A DNA stretch of 60,000 nucleotides from Lytechinus pictus (lineage: Eukaryota), in contig NC_087251.1 of NCBI RefSeq assembly GCF_037042905.1, forward strand, positions 2,668,001 through 2,728,000, given 5' to 3'. Below are positions 51,713-60,000 of the stretch, in pieces. Under the pieces are notes generated by a model, which worked only from the letters and a program-made list of their open reading frames with translations, had not been told where the DNA came from and did not search any database. The stretch's first letter is position 1, and each line of letters opens with the position of its first letter. The position numbers and the translations under genes were made by a program.

Positions 51713-52098
51713 ATGGTTTATTTCTAATTGGTCTAATGCCAATTCATCCAATTACCAACCCTTCTATTATCATTTGGTCTACCATCAGCTCGTCCACTAT
51801 CCACATGGTCTAATTGCCATTTCGTCCACTCACAATTTCATCTAATAATCAGTCCATACTATTTCGTCCAAATGGTCCATATACCATTTGGTCTAATTGG
51901 ACGAAATGAATGAAAAGAAAGTTGATATTAGACCAAATGGTTATGAGACGAAATGGTCACAGACAAACTGGTGATTAGACAAAGTGATTAATGGATCAAA
52001 TGGTTATTGGACCAAATGACTGTTAGACGAAATGTTGGACGGAATGGCATTAGACAAAATGAAGAATGACCGTCCAATGAGTAGATAAGTTGGCAATA
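51713..52098. repeat. Foldback-like repeat built from short TGGTCTAAT / ATTAGAC(C/G)AAAT units
   Basis: Left half has arrays of TTGGTCTA/TTCGTC, right half has the reverse-complement arrays. Confidence 0.6.
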
Positions 52099-52234
52099 GA
52101 CGAATCAGCAGTTTACCATTAGAATCTTGTTTGTTATTTCCAAGATGAGATCGAGTGTGCCACCTATAACAGACTGAGTCTTTCAAGCAGCAGTAGAGTA
52201 CCATGAACTATTCTGGTCCTGGTCCTTTCATAAA

Positions 52235-52851
52235 TTAAAGGGATAGATACTACACGCTGAAGTTAATATGATTAGAACATATAAAAAAAATCAGACAAAC
52301 AAAATACTGAAAATTTAATCAAAATCAGACAAGGAATAACAAAGTTAGATGACATTTTAAAGATTTTTTTAATATTCCCGTGAATCAGTTCTAGGCGTGT
52401 CTACATGAATATTCAATGAGCAAATTGATATCATATCCCCACTTGTTCTTTTGTATTTTGTTATATGAAATTAGGTTTATTCAATTTTTTCCTCCAAGAA
52501 CTAAAAATATTGGATTGACAACTGATTTAGTGCATTAGATGTTCATTGCTGCAACTTATTTCATTATGAGGGAGACGTATTATTCACAAATGTATGAAAT
52601 AATGAAAATATATATGATTTAATGTAATAACATAAGAAAAAGTAAATTGGGGATTTGACGTCATCAGCCCACCTAATGAAATATTCATGAAAACGTGCAT
52701 ATAACTGTTTTCACAAAATATTGCAAAACTTACAAATTCAATAACTTTGTTATTTGATATCCGATTTTGATGAAAATTTCAGCATTTTGCTCTGTGAATT
52801 TTACTGTATTTATTTAGATCTAAATATTTTCGGCCCGGACCATCCCTTTAA
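52235..52851. mobile_element. Kolobok-like MITE family C
   Basis: TTAA|AGGGAT...ATCCCT|TTAA, body similar to the 29424 copy. Confidence 0.8.
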
Positions 52852-54145
52852 TTCTTTAAGTCCGCATTCATGAATTAATGAAACGTGGTATAACAAGATT
52901 TACATGTCAACATAATGGAGTGCTACAAAGATAAGGCCATCTCAATGCAATATGAAATAGCTGCACTAACTAGTACTACCTTGCACAATATCAAAATCTC
53001 TAACGTGAAAATGGATTCCCACATCGTCCAAAATCTGGGATGACATGCACTAAGTCCACTATGTTTGATGTACAAAAAAATTGTGATATAATCACAAGCA
53101 CACTTTCTTCTCACTGCCTTATGTGTTCACTTTGATCTAAAATGTGTTTAAACATATAACAAATCTTATCAGTGGAATGGGACTTTGTTGTCATAAATAC
53201 ACTCTAAAACCCCTTTTGTCACTTTGATTGGTATCAAAGAAAATCAGAAACAACAACAAACTTCTGAACATGAAAGTTATCATTTTACTTGGTGGCTGGA
53301 GATGTTCCAATTTCTTTCATATTATGTATAAATATGTATAACTTCTCAGATTTAGTATCATTTAAGCCATGGTTACTTAACTAAGTTAAAGAGCCATTCA
53401 GATATATACATGTGCTTTCAATATCAAACAAGTTAATAGTTAAGCAAACTTTGATATACAACAAGCACAATTGGATCATGAATGTTTAAGCTTACCTAAA
53501 ATCAACATGTTTTGTATAACTATTGGTTAATGTTGTCAGCTCTGTTTAATGTCACATAGAAACAGCTACACTGGCCACATGGTTGCGGTTACTGTTTGTT
53601 TGATTACTATGGCAACTAGATACATGATTTCATGATACAATTATCAACAATTCCTTGAAAAGACACCTACTGAGTGTGTGTGTGTGAGAGAGAGAAAGAG
53701 AGATGATCAGTTCTAAAACATCACCATGAAGTAAAGGGCAAGGTCTGATCTGATCGACTAATCCTTCTCAATTAAAATATGACTCTTTTACATTCTTCGA
53801 GGACCAACTTTCCAACCTATCTAGTTAGCAAAGAGGGACGAAGGAGAAAAACTTTCATATTTTATAGCACAGTGTGCTGTATAACTGCACAAGATCATAT
53901 TCAAGTATACGTATTGGATTTACTGTCAAAGGAAAAAAATGAGATTATTGGAGGGGGTATCAATGATGTTAATTTAAGATCAAGCACATAAATATTGTTT
54001 TGGGTTTAATCATATTTTAGCAATATTATTTCAAAGATGTCAATGATGAGGATCACACCACAGTTCTGTGATCTAATATTATTTTTTTTTTAAGTTTGGA
54101 ATAGAACTGAGTCCGAAAAAAAATCAAACATCGTCATTCAAATGT

Positions 54146-54374
54146 GATGATAATGATGATGATAATGATGACAATGACAAAAGTGATGATGATAAAGATG
54201 ATGATAATTATGTTGATGATAATGATAATGATGATGGCAATGTTGATGACAATGATGATGGCAATGCTGATGACAATGATGATGGCAATGTTGATGACAA
54301 TGATGATGGCAATGTTGATGACAATGTTGATGACAATGATGATGGCAATGTTGATGATGATAATAATGATGATG
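54146..54374. repeat. (ATG)n microsatellite with 24-bp super-unit
   Basis: ATG/ATA/ACA triplets; ATGACAATGATGATGGCAATGTTG repeated. Confidence 0.92.
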
Positions 54375-55250
54375 AGGAGGAACACTCGGAGTAGCATCAC
54401 TAAGAAATGAAATTCCTAGATTATGGACCTACTGGACAGATCCTCCTCCACACCTTACTTGGGAGGAATCAATTGAGCAATGTGACCTACACACGTACTG
54501 TAGAATGTGATGTGATGGATGAGGAATATAGAAATAGTAGTAGTGTTAGAATGCATGTTATCCTGTGTTCTACTGTGGGTGAGGGGGTACTGTCCGATCA
54601 CTCTAACTAAAATCAATGGTATTGTGAGATACTGTATTAATTTGGAAGTATGAATAGGTCTTGTATGAACTGGGGCTCTAGGCATCCCCATAAGGTTTAC
54701 AACCATGACTCGCTTGTCCCCAATGTTTGCCATTTCATTATATTTTATCCCCTTACCACAACTGGAGCATTGCCAGAAATTCCCAGAGTAGTATGGTCAA
54801 CTTTTCCATGTGGTTTTTATCAAGATAAAAACAAACCTCAGTAGCCACCCCTTCCTCAATCAAACCCAGTGATTTTGACAAAATTAATCTCCTAATGGAT
54901 ATTATGAAGTTCATTTGTCTACTTATTTTCACAAACATTTTTTTCAAAATTTCAATGATGTTTTTAATAATACTGTTCAATAGACACAAAAGTATATTTC
55001 AAATATAAGGACAAACTTGTAATTTCGATTTATAGAGATGTAAATATTATTGCACATGAACAAAATATGAAAAAGGTGCTTTATAATGAAAAGTATAGAA
55101 AAACTCCAATATAAAAAAATAATTGAAATGCAATTTATATTGCGCACAATCACATATCCACCTTGTTAGGTGCTCAAGACAGGTACTCACAACATTTTTA
55201 GGGATTCCATTGTGCCAACATCCATTTACCTCACTTGAGTCAGGTCTGTA

Positions 55251-55395
55251 GGGGCCTGTTGCATAAAACTCTGCCATCCAATGGTAACTACCATGGTAAT
55301 AACAATACTAATCAGCCAATCAGAATCAAGGATTTCAGGGTAGTTACCATTGGATGACAGTGTTACTTTAATATTAACTTTTATGCAACAGGGCC
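55251..55395. mobile_element. Small MITE
   Basis: CCTGTTGCATAAAA / TTTTATGCAACAGG TIR with inner CATCCAATGGTAACTACC / GGTAGTTACCATTGGATG arms. Confidence 0.75.
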
Positions 55396-56093
55396 GATAA
55401 CATTGTTGATGAATTACATGCTGAATGAAATTAAGCCTTCTGCTAATCATGCATGCATAGCCTAAAGATGTACATTGCTACAGAAAAACAGTTTCAAACT
55501 TTGAGTTAAAATACACAATTTAGAAAATGAAGTCTCATAAAGAATGATAGTTTCTGAAACACTAAATAAATATTTACATTACTTTAAATTAGGAGCAAAA
55601 TGTCAAAGTCAACAGAAACAATAGAAGAAAAAGCGAGAATGAAACTAGAGAAACAAAATACAACAAAGTAAGGGGTATTGTACATAATGAGAAAACCTCT
55701 GAGAGACTAGGGAGAAAGTCACCTATAGCCTCTAAAGGTCATAATACAATATAGACAATAGAGGATAGAGTGATACATGAAGAGAGAATGAAGAGAAAGA
55801 TTGAGAAAGAAAAGCAAGGGGACTAGAGAATAGAAGCAAGCATGAGCTAACACACTGCTTCCTGTTTGAACTCCCCAATGAGGTGGTGACTCAAGCAGCA
55901 AGGGGGCCCTCAGGCAGGGGGTGGGGATTCTAAATACTCAGGTGTGAACAGGAGTCAACAACAGAGCCAAGTGAAAGTCTTTAAAATGCAGGTGAATTGA
56001 TCATATCATCATTAATCTATATCTAGTAAGTGCCAACATGGCTCAAGCAATCCTCCATGGTTCTTGCTAGTCAAACAGGGAGTTGGTCGAACA

Positions 56094-56692
56094 TTAAAGG
56101 GGTATCCAACCTTTTTAAAAACACTGCCGTGTTGTAAAGGAGAAAAATTGATAAAACATAATGGTGAAAGTTTGAAAGAAATCAGACAAGCAATAAGAAA
56201 GGCTGCTTTGAAATTGAGATCCCTAAGACTATGTAAATTTCAAATTGGCAACTGGGTAAGTAAATTATCACAAGGGGCACAGACAACTTTCCCAAATGCC
56301 ATGTACTTAATTATCAGGGATTTGTGGTTTTCTCGTTAGTACCCATTCCCCTGGGGCAGCAATCTTAATATAACCCAGGTAGTGTATTGTTTTATGTTCT
56401 CATAGATGAAAAATATAATTTGAAGTAAAACTTATGAAACAAAAGAGAAATTTTAGCCATTTTATGTATTGGAGTACATGGAATAGTAGTCCTTGCCACA
56501 CATCACTGTGACGTCACATATGTGGCCAATTTGAAATATCCATGGGTATAGAGATGAGTTTTTCACAACTTTCAAAAATTCATAACTCTCTTATTGTTTG
56601 TCTGATATTGTTCAAACTGTCACCTATCTACTTGTCTGATTTTTCTTTTTCCTCTAAAAACAAGTTTTTATTTGGGTTGGATTGGCCATTAA
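56094..56692. mobile_element. Kolobok-like MITE family D (right TIR degraded)
   Basis: TTAA|AGGGGTATCCAACC..., body colinear with the 51070 copy. Confidence 0.8.
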
Positions 56693-57442
56693 GAAATAAT
56701 ACCTGAAAACAAAGTGCTCTGAAATTTGCCAACAAAAAAGTATAGGCCTACATGGACACATGTATGTATCACAGAGTTTAATGTAATTCTTTACTCATTA
56801 GGTAACATGGCTCAGTGGACAAGATGTAGATTATACTTGTCATATATAGATGGGAATGAATTACAAGTAAAATGCTTTATGAGCACTTAGTCTGACTAGT
56901 CCCTTACTCTCAATACACTCATAAAAACCAAGTTGAATGCCCTGTCACCAATAACACAAGTTTCCTCATCAAAACACATGAACCATTCTATAATAGTCTC
57001 ACCTCAAAGCAATATTGCATTATATTTCAATCATGGAGAAATACACTGGAGCCAAGTCTATATTATACAAAAAGTGGACTGTCTACTGCTATGCTTGGTT
57101 TTGAAGTTAGTTACAAATCAACTTTGAAATCAGGCAAATGGAGTTTTAACTGGTTTCAACAGGTCACTATTTGGTTACAAATAATTTCATTAAATAAGGT
57201 TGATTTGAAACAAACCTTGGCTCATATCTCTATTATGAGTTGTAAGCTAATGGATGGAAAACACCTTGGCGGGGTGAGGTCAGTTCAAGTGGAAAGGGTG
57301 TAAGTTGGAAGTCTATCTTTTCTAATCTTACTTTGAAAAAAAAAAACCAGAGATTTATCCAAAGTCTTATGATGTTCATGTTTAAAGCATCCATCATTAT
57401 CACATCACCATTCACTTGTCACATCCAAGTCAACTATATTAC

Positions 57443-57478
57443 CTCAAGTTTATCATCCCTTTGTAGATTATTCATAAA
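57443..57478 (-). CDS. Candidate 36-nt internal exon (FMNNLQRDDKLE), possibly penultimate THADA exon
   Basis: Long polypyrimidine tract plus TAG acceptor (57479-57505), open phase-0 frame, GAG|GTAATA donor. Would splice in frame to the exon starting at 19963. No recognised homology. Confidence 0.35.
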
Positions 57479-59393
57479 CTAGAAGAAAAAAAACAAGAAA
57501 AACATAAAAATCTACCAAATTTGAAAGAGGAACACTCAGATAACATGTGTTCTTATTCATCAACACCTTAAAAGACAACAGTAAAGAATAAATGGAGCTG
57601 ACATAGAAAGACTTGTTACCCTTCACATCTATAGCTCTACACTATAAGGAAACATGAACAGTAAAGAGAACAGCTGTTAACCGCTGCTGTTGCTATTTTA
57701 TCTGTCAGGTTAGCCTCATTCAAAGCTAATGAATACCCATGGATGTAGAGGGGGGTGGAAGGATTCTTTAATCCCTCTTTCAAAACAATAAGCCACCTGT
57801 TTGGACAAAGAGTGATAATCTGCACGAAATCAAGTCTGATGGTGATGAGCGTTGTATAGCTGTCGTTCGCATCTCTCGTTTACGATACAACAATTGTTGA
57901 GCAAAGGTAACAGGAATTTCCTGTTGAGAGCACCAACCCTACCAGCCTCAACTTGAACTTTTAGCACCATCAAAAGAATTTAGAACCATTTTATCTTAGA
58001 GGTTGTAGAATATTCACACATAGAATGACTATGATTAAAAAATCTCATATTTTTATTTTGAGGTTTATCATTTACAAAAATCACATATATTAGCTCTAGA
58101 TGTGTATGAAATCAATATAAGCAGCAGCATGTAACAGGCACTGTTTCTATGATTGAGTTTCAAATTTTCCATCTCTGTTTCAGATCATCTTCAGAAACTG
58201 ATTCATAGACTGAACAGCTTATAATTTGCAAAGGAAATTATATTAATCAGGTAGTTATATTAGAAGAACTCTAAATAAAGACACAGGCTATTAGATTCAA
58301 ATTAACGTTGAAAAGGTATCAACTTATATAACACTAAAGCAGATAAACAGCAGTTAACAAAGTTATTGAATGGGTAAAGAAAGTCCTAAAATTTGAGACT
58401 CAATTATGGGGATTCTATATGGCAGTTATGGATTATTGCTAAGGCTATCCTGTTTAAAAAAAAAAAACCAAATAACTAACTAAATAAAACAATTAGCAAA
58501 CCCATTTTCACTGATACAGTACAAGAGAGTAGCAGCAGCTCTCATAACTAAGAGAAAATCATGGCAGTCACAATGAAATAACAATAAAAATGTACCCAAC
58601 TCAAGAGGGACACTGTTTTTAAATCACATTTTGCATCATGCAACAATTTAAGAATTTTATATAACTGGCATCTTTCCCAGAAAAACGAGAGGCAGAGACA
58701 ATTTAACAAGAGAAGGTGTGATCCCATGTGATTGACATGAACAATTTGATGTTAACTGTTCTGACAACTTGACATACAGGTTATACTAATGTTTAACACA
58801 TAAAATAGAAACAGAAACTAAAAATGACACAAGTTATCTCCATCACTTAAATATGAAACCCATGGTAATATGAACTGTCATCTCATCATACAATTGGTAC
58901 ACAAGATAGCAGACATGTTCACATCTTTTCTTGTGGGTAAGAGAGGAATAGCATGAACACAGCAGGATGTCCTGTGCTTCACTAAAGAGATTTTATTTAA
59001 GAGATGATATGTACAAGGTATTCTGTTTCATACGAAAATGGGTCTCAATTTAATTTCTTTAAATATCAAAAAGATTAAAATCTTACAAATAAGAAACTAA
59101 TCATAAGCAAATGAGGTTATCACTATTAAATAAGAAAGATAGACTGACTGAAAGATAGATAGATAAATATTTGCAGAGATAGACAGAAAGACAGAAAATA
59201 GATACATGTAGATGTATGATCGGATGGATGAATTTAAAGGATAGATTGACATTTTTTATATATGTTTTTATATAAATGTTGCTCATCAAAGTTGTTTCAA
59301 GTCATACATGTTCTTTCCAGTTTTCAGTGACATCTTATTGATTGTAAACTAATATTCCAGTATGAAGATATCATTAAATGGAAAAGTTATAAC

Positions 59394-59875
59394 AACAAGT
59401 GGAATGCCTCTGGCCGTCTCACCTGCATCACGCGATTCAATATAGCAGCAGTGCTGATTTTGAAAACTACTATAACTCGCACAAGATGTTCAGTGATACT
59501 TGGTTACTCTTATTTCCACGTTTTATGAACTAGACCAATACACTTATAGAGATATGATGGCAATTCAACAAATACCCCCAACGTGGCCAAAGTTCTTTGA
59601 CCTTACATGACCTTTGACCTTGATCATGTGACCTGAAACTCGCACAGGATGTTCAGTGATACTTGATTACTATTATGTCCAAGTTTTATGAACTAGACCA
59701 ACACACTTTCAAATTTATGGCTGTAAATTCAACAAATACTCCAATTTGGCCAAAGTTCATTGACCCTAAATGACCTTTGACCTTGATCATGTGACCTGAA
59801 ACTTGCACAGGATGTTCAGTAATACTTGATTACTATTATGTCCAAGTTTCATGAATCAGATCCATGAAACTTTTA
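59394..59875 (+). mobile_element. Helentron/HINE-like element with internal 163-bp tandem repeats (3' truncated)
   Basis: Starts AACAAG. Units start ACT(C/T)GCACA(A/G)GATGTTCAGT at 59475, 59638 and 59801 and carry TGACCTTTGACCTTG. Confidence 0.62.
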
Positions 59876-60000
59876 AACATTACCTCAAAACATTTCTGTT
59901 CAATTCTTCTTAATTTCTTTTATAATTTCCTAAAAAGCGCCTTGAGCACTCTACAGAGTGGATTTGGCGCGATATAAGTCTAATTATTATTATTATTATT

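Noticed and set aside
54134..54410. Poly-Met and poly-Ile ORFs
   Set aside because: Translations of an (ATG)n microsatellite.

Overview
AT-rich, repeat-dense animal DNA, not prokaryotic. The repeat families look like a deuterostome invertebrate, possibly a sea urchin (inference). The only clearly complete host gene is a two-exon, minus-strand TIS11/ZFP36L-family tandem CCCH zinc-finger gene (CDS 8874-8815 + 8143-7052, 383 aa). It has a CNOT1-binding C-terminus and an ARE-rich 3' UTR. About 11 kb upstream on the same strand is a probable terminal exon of THADA (EFEDRLFDKGEGN...), whose stop codon falls inside a 66/67-bp tandem repeat. This mirrors the vertebrate THADA-ZFP36L2 arrangement. Most of 20-57 kb is then probably one large THADA intron. 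It holds an intact full-length L2/CR1-group LINE with a target-site duplication, nested in a MITE. The window also has eight ~600-bp TTAA-flanked Kolobok-like MITEs, several PIF/Harbinger-like MITEs (some nested), G/C-tract MITEs with 8-bp TSDs, Helentron-like elements and tRNA-derived SINEs. No CRISPR array, rRNA gene or bona fide tRNA gene was seen. Family assignments come from recalled motifs, not database searches.
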